From positions 1 to 59,095 of the IMG/VR virus record IMGVR_UViG_3300046169_000006: DNA of 59,095 nt. One strand, written 5' to 3'. A program made the position numbers and the translations under genes. This stretch comes from a virus (lineage: Duplodnaviria; Caudoviricetes). Shown here one piece after another: positions 46,801 to 56,049 of the stretch. Positions within the stretch are counted from its first letter, which is position 1. Each line of letters starts with the position of its first letter. A model generated the notes under the pieces. The model did not search any database and was not told the DNA's origin. It worked only from the letters and a program-made list of their open reading frames with translations.

Positions 46801-49800
46801 TAGGGAGCCACTTGGTTGAACGGAATGTCTGGAGTGCTTGTCGTCTTGCCTGTCTTTCTAGCACGTAGTGCTTCCACAAGACCTTTAGCTGACTTCGTTG
46901 TTTGTTCACGTAACCACTTGCCATGCTCTTCAACAAGCTGCTTCTGCATCTCTGGAGGTGCTTGGTCAAACACTTCCTTCTGGTGCACGTGGCCCATTTC
47001 GTGAGCAATAGTTTCTAGGACTGCGATCTTAGATGCTTGTTCGTCGTAGATGATGTAGTGGCTGCCGTCAGGTAAACGACGCGTCGAACCACGCTCACTG
47101 GCATCTAGTGTTCCAGAACCAACGGCTCTGAGTGGCCCTGTGAAGTTTAGTTTGTCAGCCCGCGCATCGTCTAGTGTTGTAACATATACATCCGCACCCA
47201 GACCTAGTTGGGCTTTCCACTCGCGAATAACACCTTGTGTCTCAGGGCTTACATTGTCAGAGAACGCGAGGCCCTCTTCGTAAGTTACGTAAGGCTGTTC
47301 GTCGTGTATGCGTTGCGCTTCGGCCTCTGCGTCTTTCTTAGCTTGAACCAGACTCGCTACTTGCTCTGGAGTAAACTCGTTCCCCACATAACTTTCAACG
47401 TCGACGTTTGTAAACATGGTACCCTTAGCCGCGACGTATACAGGAGCACCAGTAATGGCACTGTACCCACGTACAAGAGCGATATCACCTTCTTGGTAGA
47501 CAACTTCACCACCGATCTTTTCGGCGACGGCATCTACAGCGTTTAACTCAGATTCTTTCGCTTTACGCTTAGCTTCGGGGGCTTCTTCAGGATTCTTTGG
47601 AGGCTTGACTACGCGACGTTTCTTCTTGGTAACAACTGGCACCTTCGCCGCGCGGGCATTTTGTTCCTCAGCACTTAGCTGTTGAGCTTCTGGCTCGGCG
47701 ACTTCAGGTTCAGTCCGAGTTTGTTGTACTTCTCCGCCATCTTGGCTAGACGCTTCTTGGTTTCCTTGGCTTTCAGCTTGTCCGACGCTGTCGGTTGTTT
47801 CAGTATTGTTTTGGGCATCTTTAGTATCCTGTATATGTTCACTGCGCAGTTGGTCAAAATAAGCGGCTAACCCGTCTTCATCCAAGTCCCCCATTTGGAA
47901 CTCTGTATGGTAACTAAGCCACTCGAAGCGATACCCTGCGTCCATGTCATCAAACTTTACGTTACCATCTTTCTGTGTAGATTCAAACTTACCCCATGCA
48001 CGCGCCGCAGGTTTGTAAGCACTGTCCGCTTTCATCTCTGCATCATGCTGGGCGCGAACTGCCGAAAGCTCGTCCGTCGTCTGTTGCTGTATTGGCGTTT
48101 CTTCCTGCGATTGGGTGTAGGCGCGGTCTTCTGCACTTACGTCAGTGTAAGCACCTTGATTAGGAGAAGCCAGTGTCTCCATACTGTTCCCGACTTCTTG
48201 AACTTCTAGGGCCGCTTCGTTGGCGTTGAGATCAAGGGCTTCAACATTTTTAACCCGCGTGGCTCTTAGCCCCGCCTGAATCGCGGCAACGTCTCCTTTT
48301 CCATCAGCACCGATAACACCATTCTCTTTGGCGATCTTCTCCAGTACACGGCCTACTTGTTTAGCAACTGTTCCTTTACCTACACCTGCTAGGTCTGCAA
48401 TTACCGCATCGTTCCACTTGCCGTTAACTTGCAGAACTTTGTCTATTTCATCGTTGTTAATAGCGTCACGGATGACATCAAAAATTCTCTTCTGGGCTTT
48501 AGGTAACGCTAGGTCTTCAGGGATAGAGACTGCTTCTGCATCTAGTGCAGGTTCTTCCTGAGTACTTTCGTCGGTCGTTTGCGCTGCGGGCGCCTCTGCA
48601 ACGACGGGTTCTACCGGAGCAGGTACATCTTCTGCTACAGTTTCAGTCGGAGCTGGTTGCTGTTTGTATAAGTCGTCGACGGTATTCTGGAACGCGTTGT
48701 ACTTTCTAGCGGCTAAGGTTTCGACCAACTCAGGGTTCGTTTCGCGCCAGTTATTACCTAACTTCTCTGTGGCGTAACTTATAGCCTGACCTTCTATACC
48801 TGCCACAGGCTCAGGTGCAGTCTCAGCCGCAGGCTCTGCTACAGTTTCTTCAAGGGGCGATGTAACTTCTGGGAGGGCCGCCGCTTTCTCTGCAACTATC
48901 TTGTCTAGCATAGTCTCGAAGCGTGACTTCCTGCCGCCACCTTTGGAATACATGCCACGGCCATCAGCCGCTAACTGGGATAATGACGGCTCGTCTTGCT
49001 CCCAAGTCTCTCCAAGCAGTTCACGAGCCTTCTCAATAAGTTGTTCTTTCTTTGTAGCAGGTTTCTTTGACTTAGATTCTTTCTCTGACTGAGCAGGTTC
49101 CGCCACGGGGGCAAGGTCTGGTAGATCAAGGCCCATAGCCGCCTGACGCATCTGACCTATTACAGCAGCTACTTGGGGGTCTAGGGCTGCACTTGCTTCG
49201 TTGAAGGCGTCATCATCTAACTGTAAAACCTCAGGTGTCGCATCGACCACACTCTTGGCCTGTGCAACAGTTTCTACGTGCGCGTCTAACCCAGATACGT
49301 ACTCTGCTTCAAACTGCGCTGAAGCATCATTTTCTTTCTGGTAGCTTTTGACATAAGTCTTTGCTGCTTTCTGTATATCTACAGGGTCAAAGATTTCTTG
49401 CTCATCCAGAAAGGTTTCAAAGTTCTGCCCAATCTCAGTCTCTGGGTTGAGAACGTCTACTTCAAGCGCCTCTGTGGCTTCAGCTTGACGTGCTTTGATA
49501 AACTCATCGCGGGGTGTGTACGTAGAAGCTGCTTCACGGCGTGTTCGTCCACGAGCGGTTCTCTCTGCTTTCTCTTCTAGGGCCTGCTTTTCGGCTTGCG
49601 CTTTCGCCACCTTGGCGTCTTCTTGCGCTTGCGCCTCTAGGGCAGCATCTTCTTCTAACTCGCGTACATAGTCGGCTTCTTCCTTGGCAGCCACAGCTTT
49701 ATTAACAGCACGGTTAGACCTAAACTGCGTGGCGGCACTCATCGAACCACCCATTCCCATACCAGTAAAGCCGCCAATAACAGCAGAACTACCGACGTCT

Positions 49801-50759
49801 TCGTAAAACGGCTTGTCATTGCCTAGGTTCGTGAAGCCTTGCTCTTGGCCACTCTGTAAAAATTCTTCCGCGCCTTCTACAGCTAGGCCTCTACCTGTAG
49901 ATTTTATAATACTGCCCTTACCCACTTCATCGATAAGGTCTTTGACTCCGCCAGCTGCGGCAGTATCTATGTCCATTTTATTAAACTTCGCACCGCCACG
50001 GGAGATTAGACTGGTTCCTATCCCTGCTGCGGCGCCGTACAAACGGTCATTGCTGTAGTCTGTCCCGATACCATCGTAGTCTTGGCGGACAATGTTAGCT
50101 ACAGCATCACCCCCAGCGACAGCACCCTCACCAATGGCACCGGCAGTCATACCACTGATAGGTTTTAACCCTGCGCCTTTAGCGGTTAACTTAACACCTT
50201 TACCTATAACACCACCCGCAAAGATATGAGGTACTGTCTGGCCTATAAGGTTAAATATCTGGGATGGGTTCTCTCCAATGTACTCTGCGGCTTCCCCACC
50301 TTGCGACACCATAGTGTCATAGATGTGGTACATCTTGTCACCCATACTCGCGTCATCAGGCAACGTATCAACTGTCGCAGCGGCTTCTTTAATACGTTGG
50401 CCTAACTCTGCGTTCTTATTTTGTTGAAAGTCAGATAGAAGTTTCTCATCACCATACTCCCCCAAGTCATACAGACCTTGAGCGATAGGGTCAGCAACAT
50501 AGTGAAGCCCGTCGACAAGACTACCTAGAGAGGTAACGGCGCCAAGGGCTTTGGGTATACCTGTGAGAACACTTGCCCCAACGTCAGCCGTTCTGCGTAA
50601 AAATCCGGGGTCCTCAACTTCCACTTTAGACTGCTGGGATTCATACTTTTCGAGCAGCTTCTTTTGCTGATCGCTTAGACCCGTGTTGCTATCATCCTGC
50701 ACTGGCTGCTGATTTTGGTACTTCTCGATAAGGGCCTTCTGCTGTTCCGTAAGTGCCAT
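43815..50759 (-). CDS. Large polyvalent internal virion/ejection protein (zincin-like HExxH and PLxRFG domains)
   Basis: 2314 aa; IAHEMGH..E; YAPLKRFG; last gene of the late arm. Confidence 0.8.
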   Translation of the reverse strand: MALTEQQKALIEKYQNQQPVQDDSNTGLSDQQKKLLEKYESQQSKVEVEDPGFLRRTADVGASVLTGIPKALGAVTSLGSLVDGLHYVADPIAQGLYDLGEYGDEKLLSDFQQNKNAELGQRIKEAAATVDTLPDDASMGDKMYHIYDTMVSQGGEAAEYIGENPSQIFNLIGQTVPHIFAGGVIGKGVKLTAKGAGLKPISGMTAGAIGEGAVAGGDAVANIVRQDYDGIGTDYSNDRLYGAAAGIGTSLISRGGAKFNKMDIDTAAAGGVKDLIDEVGKGSIIKSTGRGLAVEGAEEFLQSGQEQGFTNLGNDKPFYEDVGSSAVIGGFTGMGMGGSMSAATQFRSNRAVNKAVAAKEEADYVRELEEDAALEAQAQEDAKVAKAQAEKQALEEKAERTARGRTRREAASTYTPRDEFIKARQAEATEALEVDVLNPETEIGQNFETFLDEQEIFDPVDIQKAAKTYVKSYQKENDASAQFEAEYVSGLDAHVETVAQAKSVVDATPEVLQLDDDAFNEASAALDPQVAAVIGQMRQAAMGLDLPDLAPVAEPAQSEKESKSKKPATKKEQLIEKARELLGETWEQDEPSLSQLAADGRGMYSKGGGRKSRFETMLDKIVAEKAAALPEVTSPLEETVAEPAAETAPEPVAGIEGQAISYATEKLGNNWRETNPELVETLAARKYNAFQNTVDDLYKQQPAPTETVAEDVPAPVEPVVAEAPAAQTTDESTQEEPALDAEAVSIPEDLALPKAQKRIFDVIRDAINNDEIDKVLQVNGKWNDAVIADLAGVGKGTVAKQVGRVLEKIAKENGVIGADGKGDVAAIQAGLRATRVKNVEALDLNANEAALEVQEVGNSMETLASPNQGAYTDVSAEDRAYTQSQEETPIQQQTTDELSAVRAQHDAEMKADSAYKPAARAWGKFESTQKDGNVKFDDMDAGYRFEWLSYHTEFQMGDLDEDGLAAYFDQLRSEHIQDTKDAQNNTETTDSVGQAESQGNQEASSQDGGEVQQTRTEPEVAEPEAQQLSAEEQNARAAKVPVVTKKKRRVVKPPKNPEEAPEAKRKAKESELNAVDAVAEKIGGEVVYQEGDIALVRGYSAITGAPVYVAAKGTMFTNVDVESYVGNEFTPEQVASLVQAKKDAEAEAQRIHDEQPYVTYEEGLAFSDNVSPETQGVIREWKAQLGLGADVYVTTLDDARADKLNFTGPLRAVGSGTLDASERGSTRRLPDGSHYIIYDEQASKIAVLETIAHEMGHVHQKEVFDQAPPEMQKQLVEEHGKWLREQTTKSAKGLVEALRARKTGKTTSTPDIPFNQVAPYWKSFNEWYADQVSRWATTQEAPVSAVEKFFSRLGKAMKSFYDKLANKDYLPSTTFVEYLGKVKNANLRDPINDNTDYQSDTMAGSVNPTPASQEEHNRKGEWVRKNMGPTAKQALDDLAEVSRGATQSLKFLHQFVREVKGRMPAAGRMYQAIKEADKTRQDIRRQVEAIAVRAREIKPERLAAVNDFISKSTFFQKWGYDPQFTDVDGNVRAIKVDPVMQQKFNRLSPVEQALVRDIFQHGENMRLRKQAVAKLLDVPRSFFSAAELEGPYAPLKRFGGYAGVLKSQALLDAEAQDAKDSTEATRKAVEDLKSSPSDYVVSFFDTMGAAKKFTEASKGKFAYAVPSERTEDLMSDRVSNPEVFQRVLGALKAADANQIDAASKQAFAEMVRDMYFDSLDERDARVSGAKRKNRAGYETNMVRSFLSHARAEAAMISTMEHGAEINMALAEAQKQTEQDREALSPVYNMLVAHYKDTLIYQDTLFQRIQDRVAALNSVYMLTSSIGYHVTNATQPAMVTVPRLAGDFGDYAGAWNKLTRGYKVAIGSARMTKKFETEIDLDKVPSKYKALLEELQLRNLLDVGMEEDLSSFDRFNTGYEALNVASDKLGMITHKLYQAARLVEAHNRISSAVAAFDLATAKPQVARRQGMTPAEYAISVVEDTQGNFSRMDAPLIIKKLPKLTTQYRKYQFMMVWAYVNAAKQSFKGESKEMRAMGMRTLAYMTAHAGIFAGVTGIPLVGTLAGLVFLFSGEDEPEDLDRWIQTQVPGKMGEVLSKGVFNFVGIDMSTKLSQGKIFDPFPYLDYDVSEDGVKDLVFNLAAGPSGTTAINFTRSVEYFGQGDPLKAIEYMVPKGIRTAIESYRIGTEGVSFKNGDVVVDPRDVNIGSLLVNALGLPASEINKIKWTRSQQYELSAYFSEQTSRIRREYIDASRAKDKSTMSELRDEFRDLQKQKDRVRPFFGKDPSALRRQNIGDLYKAPMQQWKRESKAKKRFE

Positions 50760-50769
50760 TCGGGACTCC

Positions 50770-52293
50770 CTATTGACCTATAAATGCGGCTTTGTCTTCG
50801 TCGCTAAACCTACTCCACACGGCAGGGTCTACTCCGTCGGGTGCCGGAATACTTGGAGCGGCTCCCATATTTCCAAAGTAGTGCTCCTTGAACTTCGCAA
50901 CTGCGGCGTCCTGTAAACCCTCACCACTTTGTCCAAGGTAGGCGAAGGCTTCTGTTGACATGAAGCGAGTAAGAGCTGCCTTGAAGTCTTTTTCACTTTG
51001 CCCTAACCCACTTTTCAGGTTATCGGTTTCAGCTTTAAGTTTTTGAATTTCCTGTTCTGCCAGTCGCTGTACAGTACCTTCTGGATCTGTTTTCAACTTC
51101 TCTGTTATGTTCTGGGAAGTGATTAACTGCGTCTGAGCCTTTGACTTTTGCAGAGCCGCTTCTTGTGCCACGACTTCGAACGCAGTTCCCGGCTGGCTGA
51201 TCTGGCTAAACAACCTGTTTGTTACCATCTCTTCTGCGTTGTCACCCGTTTCAGAGAACAGGGTTCTCTCCACATCACCTCGTGTTTCCACGATGGATAC
51301 GGTACCGTCGTCGAGGCGATCAATACGAAGAGTGTTTCCGTCGTCTACTGTGTCGTACTCGGCTACCAAGCCATCAAGGCCGCCTTCGGCTAATGCGTTT
51401 TTATGACTGAGCGTTAGTTCTGTCCCTCTGGTTTGTAGGACGTCCAACCCAATACTATTGATTGCACTTATCATCTGCTTTTTACGCTCTGGAGAAATAT
51501 CTTCAGAATTGCGTATCATCTCTACAGTAGCCGCCTCGGCTTCCTCAACAGTCCCAAAATCAGAATTGTTAATAGTCTGGAAGATGTTTGCCTCAGCATT
51601 TGCGCCATCAATTTTCGAGTTAGCGTCCATCTCTCCAAGGCTTTGCGTAGCGTCCGTGTTCATATTCGTGCTGATGCCCGCATCAATTGCGGAGGGTAGC
51701 ACTGCTTCTTTCAACTCCACATCGGCAGCAGTCCCGCGATTGTTTAACTCCAGACCTGTGTTCGTTAAGTCCTGTTGGTCCAGCTTCTTGGGGTTCATCG
51801 CAGCTGACTGATCGTTAGCAAGGCCTTTCGCGGTGTTATCTAGGTTCCCGCCTTCGTTCGCTATCACCTGCGCATCTATTTTCAGTGGGTTCAGTCCCGC
51901 ATTTAAGTCGTTATCAAGCTTCTGGCCATCGGTTGATGTCGTCGTCGCGTCTACATCCGCCTCTAGCTTCTTATTTTTGAGGCCTGCATTTAACACCAAC
52001 TGGTTAAAGATTTTTTCTTGGAGTTCATTGCCTCTCAGCTTGGCTTCCAGTTCGGCGTTAGATTGCCTTAGTTTGAGGCCTCCTTCGGCGTCACCAAATT
52101 TAGTGTAAACCTTAGAGAGCTCCTCATTGCGCTTTTGGTCGAGCGCTGTGCCCTCCAGTAGCTTACCATCCATGTCCTTATATTCTTCGCTCATTACCTT
52201 TTTAGAGCCGATGGTTTTGCCTAGGTTATTGAATGTCCCATAGACTGAGTTAAAGTTATCAGCAAATTGTTGCCAACTGGATTTGCGTCCCAT
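50770..52293 (-). CDS. Internal virion/ejection protein (putative)
   Basis: 507 aa helical, between the pilot-like and giant ejection proteins. Confidence 0.6.
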   Translation of the reverse strand: MGRKSSWQQFADNFNSVYGTFNNLGKTIGSKKVMSEEYKDMDGKLLEGTALDQKRNEELSKVYTKFGDAEGGLKLRQSNAELEAKLRGNELQEKIFNQLVLNAGLKNKKLEADVDATTTSTDGQKLDNDLNAGLNPLKIDAQVIANEGGNLDNTAKGLANDQSAAMNPKKLDQQDLTNTGLELNNRGTAADVELKEAVLPSAIDAGISTNMNTDATQSLGEMDANSKIDGANAEANIFQTINNSDFGTVEEAEAATVEMIRNSEDISPERKKQMISAINSIGLDVLQTRGTELTLSHKNALAEGGLDGLVAEYDTVDDGNTLRIDRLDDGTVSIVETRGDVERTLFSETGDNAEEMVTNRLFSQISQPGTAFEVVAQEAALQKSKAQTQLITSQNITEKLKTDPEGTVQRLAEQEIQKLKAETDNLKSGLGQSEKDFKAALTRFMSTEAFAYLGQSGEGLQDAAVAKFKEHYFGNMGAAPSIPAPDGVDPAVWSRFSDEDKAAFIGQ

Positions 52294-53309
52294 CAGTGGA
52301 CCTCCTTAAAATCAATGTTCAGTAGATCGTATTTGACCGCCTTGTATCCATTATCCATCATCACAACCGCGTCTGGATAGCTCAACTCGACTTCATCGGC
52401 CATTACACCTTGGAAGCGACGGTCATCACCGATGTAGTTAAACTGGTAAAGGGTTAGTGCTGTACGCTGATCGACGCCGACTTCTTCAATGTTTTCTTTG
52501 ATACGACGGTCCGAGAAGGCTGTGTATGCAGCTGCCGCACCACCTAGTAAGCCACCGATATCACCAAGCATACTCTCTTGGCTGTTCATGTAAGATTGTG
52601 TTTGGTTGTTAAGGACTGTGCTCAAACCCTGTATCTGCATGTTCTGACCTGCTGCAATAGTTCCTGCGGCTTGGCCCATACCAGCAACCATGTTTTGACC
52701 GGCTGACTGTGCGTTCATACCTGCTTGAGAACCTGCGCTCGTAGCCCCGCCGTACGCGGCAGTAGATGCGCCTGCTAATCCACGGCCAAGACCTGTGGCA
52801 TCTAGCTTTCTTGCGTAGCCCATTTGCTCCGCTCTGTTTCTAGCACCTGTCATAGCATTGGCTCGTGACGCGGCTTGTTGTAAACCTGAGGCAGCGTTCA
52901 TACCAGCGAACCGGCCTGAGTTAGGGTTAACACCCATTGAGGCACTCGCACGTTCGTTTTGTGCTCTCGCTATACCAAAAGCACGACCTGAGTCAGCTGC
53001 TGCTTGGGCGGACACTTGATCCTTGTAGGATTCTGTATTGAAGTTCTCAGCGTCAGCTACCAGTCCTTTTTCTAGGGGTCTAAACGTCTCGACCTGATAG
53101 TCGTAGTAGTCTTTAGCCTGATCCATCTGCTGTTGTTGGGCTGCCATCTGGGTGTCAGCAATCTCTTGGAGCATAGGAGCGTTCTGCTCATACATCTCTT
53201 TGGAGAACTCAAGTTGGTCACGACCTAATTGCTCTTGCAGCTCCGCCGCATACGCACTGGCTTCTGCTACAGCAGTGTAATCGGGAGCTTCTACGTCTGG
53301 TTTACTCAT
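52293..53309 (-). CDS. Pilot/ejection protein with C-terminal S74-type autocleavage domain
   Basis: A/G/Q-rich, GVNPNSGRF; FSDRRIKENI...GVMADEV...GYKAVKY. Confidence 0.75.
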   Translation of the reverse strand: MSKPDVEAPDYTAVAEASAYAAELQEQLGRDQLEFSKEMYEQNAPMLQEIADTQMAAQQQQMDQAKDYYDYQVETFRPLEKGLVADAENFNTESYKDQVSAQAAADSGRAFGIARAQNERASASMGVNPNSGRFAGMNAASGLQQAASRANAMTGARNRAEQMGYARKLDATGLGRGLAGASTAAYGGATSAGSQAGMNAQSAGQNMVAGMGQAAGTIAAGQNMQIQGLSTVLNNQTQSYMNSQESMLGDIGGLLGGAAAAYTAFSDRRIKENIEEVGVDQRTALTLYQFNYIGDDRRFQGVMADEVELSYPDAVVMMDNGYKAVKYDLLNIDFKEVH

Positions 53310-53730
53310 CGTCTAATCCTCTAAAATAGTTCTCAGGCCACAGAACCAAAACAATTACGTCTTGGCCGTCTGCGCCTGCCTGTGCCATAACGCCCTCTTC
53401 TACGAAGCCGATACGCTTATCAATTTTCAGTGCTTTGGAATTAGTTTCTGCAACAAATCCCGTCAGCCGTCTTAGCTTACAGAACCGAAACGCGTAGTTA
53501 GCCGCGTGGTCTAGTAGCTTTAAGAACAGTTTACTGGGTTTGCTGGCAGCGATATGAGCAGTGGCATTACTCTCGTTAAAGTTGTTGAACACAACACCAC
53601 ATACTATTTGACCGTTGACTTCAGCGCCCATCGCGTAAAACGAACCCCAAGGAACTTTATGGCCCGTTTGCTGTTGAACCCACTCTCCGACTCGATCTTT
53701 GTCGTCGAATACTAAACGAGAGGTGGTCAT
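53302..53730 (-). CDS. GNAT acetyltransferase-like virion assembly protein
   Basis: LRRLTGFVAETNSKALKIDKRIGFVEEG; precedes the ejection genes. Confidence 0.8.
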   Translation of the reverse strand: MTTSRLVFDDKDRVGEWVQQQTGHKVPWGSFYAMGAEVNGQIVCGVVFNNFNESNATAHIAASKPSKLFLKLLDHAANYAFRFCKLRRLTGFVAETNSKALKIDKRIGFVEEGVMAQAGADGQDVIVLVLWPENYFRGLDDE

Positions 53731-53739
53731 GGGTACTCC

Positions 53740-53798
53740 TGTTTACACGTTAACACATAAGTACTTAGTAGCATACCGTTTCGTTTTAATAAAGTCAC
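53740..53798 (-). promoter_or_regulatory. Promoter of the ejection operon with operator
   Basis: GTGACT-N17-TATGCT; TGTTTAC-AC-GTTAACA at 53740-53755 abutting the RBS. Confidence 0.7.
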
Positions 53799-54673
53799 TA
53801 TTCTTCATAACTTTCTCGGGTGTATCTTCTTGTTCTAACCTGCACTCCGTTCTCCCATGTCGTACCCATATAAGGAACTTCCACAATCGCAACGTCTCTG
53901 ACAACGTTCTCTTCCCCTTCGTACGCGTGGTAAAGGGTAACTCGATCTTGGTCTAGCCAGTGTCCAGTCGCTAATACGGCGGAGCGATCGGGGGCCCCGT
54001 CTAATACAGATAAGGCTTCGTCCGAAATGGTCAGGCCATAATCATACCCTTTGCGCCGCACCTCGCCCGTGTCTTTGTGCACTCTAACAGAGTACAACTT
54101 ATAAACCTTATCAAAGAACTGCACTGGTGGAACTGGACCACTACGGGTGTAGCGTAGGTGTATCCAGTCATCTTTTAAGGCAATACCTGTGGGGCGTTCG
54201 TCCACGTCGATCGGAACCTGCGCATACAACTCTTCGAACTCAACAGGGTTTTCAACCGCACTATACTCGAGGACATCCCCTAACCCTTCCGTCTTAGTTA
54301 GGAGCGGCTCAGAAGTTATTTGTACGACACCATCTTGGAGGGTAATGTTTCCTGTCAACGCGTAAGCTGTATTAGCGGCTATAAAACTTGGGCGGTAAGG
54401 GTTAAACCCTGTAGCATCAATTGCTTCTTGGACTTCTTGCGTTGTTGGTTCGTGTTCAAAATCAAAACAATCTCGCGTCAGCTCTTGTCGGTGTTGGTGG
54501 GTAGCCATATTGTAGTGAATCTTATCGTGTACTTCTTCACTGTACTCTATGGGGTCTACAGCAACCATCCGGACGTTAACAAACCACGTATCGCCGCATT
54601 TATATCTCGATTCTTCTTCCCAGCCTCCCGTGAGGCATAAAGGATCATCATCTGGATTGTACGTATTAGTCAT
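53798..54673 (-). CDS. Hypothetical acidic protein in the tail module
   Basis: ORF; probable ATG at 54673. Confidence 0.7.
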   Translation of the reverse strand: MTNTYNPDDDPLCLTGGWEEESRYKCGDTWFVNVRMVAVDPIEYSEEVHDKIHYNMATHQHRQELTRDCFDFEHEPTTQEVQEAIDATGFNPYRPSFIAANTAYALTGNITLQDGVVQITSEPLLTKTEGLGDVLEYSAVENPVEFEELYAQVPIDVDERPTGIALKDDWIHLRYTRSGPVPPVQFFDKVYKLYSVRVHKDTGEVRRKGYDYGLTISDEALSVLDGAPDRSAVLATGHWLDQDRVTLYHAYEGEENVVRDVAIVEVPYMGTTWENGVQVRTRRYTRESYEE

Positions 54674-55745
54674 AGTAAGACGCCTTAGATACAGCAAAGC
54701 CTACAGAATGAGTGTTCCTTGACCCGTTTGAGTACGGAAGATATCCACCCTCAGCGACATCGTTACTTGTAAAGCCGCCCATGAGAGCAATAGTCCCTAT
54801 AAACGCCGCCAACCCAGCGCCACCCGTCACTATGCCAACGACGATAGCGGTAAGGACACTACTGGAGTCAGATTCATGTGCCCAAACATGCCCTCTGGCG
54901 TAAACCCCATGCTGGGATTCAAAGTACAAAGTGCCCCCTGAAGTTCTTCGGAGGCGGTAGCCTACGCGAGTAAAAATCCACCAAAGGTCAGAGCGTGCCC
55001 AAGCGTAACTCTCCCAGTCATAGGTACCACTGTCGGACGCGGAATACTGGTACTCGTTACACCCGTGGGCGATTGAAGGGCAGTAGTAGATTAAGTCACT
55101 GTCAGTGGCAGTCTCCGCCGCCGCTATACGCTTTTTCTTTGTCGTCGCGTTAATATCTAGCTTTACCGTCCAACCTGAACCGCGAGAGCCTGTATGTGGT
55201 GTCGAAGGCGAGGTTATAGTTCCCCCATCAATAATGCGCAGTGGTTTAAAACGAGAGTCGAAGGTTACTTCTCCATTTGCGTTGAAGTTCTTCCACCCAT
55301 ACTCGTCGCCCATAGCTTCTTTGTATACGGTATTGGTCGTCTTGAAGGACGGGATTGTCTGGAAACAATACAGTGTGGGTTTGTAGCTTACACCTTTACT
55401 ACTAAAAACCCAGATTTCCCAGTTGCTAGTGATCCTTTTAGTTAAGATAATCGCTTGGTATGCTGCGCTACTGCCTGTCGATGTAGGCTTTATAAAACAC
55501 ATGGGGGGCTTAGTGTCCGAAGTGCTTCTGGGAACCTTAAACTTATAGATATACCCGCGATCAGGCATGTTATTCATGTTCTTGTTTTCGTTGGGGCCAA
55601 AGGATTTATTGCCGGGGCCGTCCATTAATTCTGGTACTCGTGAACTCTGAAACGAGGTGAATTTCCCACAGAAGTGCATTGAGTGCAGCTCTGAGTTAAT
55701 GAGTAAGTTGTTGTCATCATTATGGCAAGAAAAACCAACAGCCAT
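54666..55745 (-). CDS. Tail-tip accessory protein with hydrophobic C-terminal segment
   Basis: YGWKNFNANGEVTFDSR..PLRI pattern; VLTAIVVGIVTGGAGLAAFIGTIALMGG. Confidence 0.6.
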   Translation of the reverse strand: MAVGFSCHNDDNNLLINSELHSMHFCGKFTSFQSSRVPELMDGPGNKSFGPNENKNMNNMPDRGYIYKFKVPRSTSDTKPPMCFIKPTSTGSSAAYQAIILTKRITSNWEIWVFSSKGVSYKPTLYCFQTIPSFKTTNTVYKEAMGDEYGWKNFNANGEVTFDSRFKPLRIIDGGTITSPSTPHTGSRGSGWTVKLDINATTKKKRIAAAETATDSDLIYYCPSIAHGCNEYQYSASDSGTYDWESYAWARSDLWWIFTRVGYRLRRTSGGTLYFESQHGVYARGHVWAHESDSSSVLTAIVVGIVTGGAGLAAFIGTIALMGGFTSNDVAEGGYLPYSNGSRNTHSVGFAVSKASYYD

Positions 55746-55746
55746 A

Positions 55747-56049
55747 CTACCTCCCAAACACTGTAAACATAGTTGAAGTTGTATTCCCCGCAGAGGCGCC
55801 CGTTTGGCGTTTGATCGTGAGCTTCTTAGAAGCTACTGAAGCCGTGTGAATATACGCCTCATCATCTCCGCTCACTTGGTCTATCATTTGCGGGATTACG
55901 AGGAACTCACTGCATAAAGGAGATAGGTTGTGCACCACGTTGGTATCAGACCCCTCAACGGTGTAAGTCGCCAAGTAGTTCCACGTGATATCTTCAGTGG
56001 AAAAGGTGACCTTTCCGTCTTTATCCCATACCTTAATACCCTGCGCCAC
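55747..56049 (-). CDS. Small tail-tip accessory protein
   Basis: MAQGIKVWDKDGKVTF pattern, directly after the tail-tip-like gene. Confidence 0.65.
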   Translation of the reverse strand: MAQGIKVWDKDGKVTFSTEDITWNYLATYTVEGSDTNVVHNLSPLCSEFLVIPQMIDQVSGDDEAYIHTASVASKKLTIKRQTGASAGNTTSTMFTVFGR

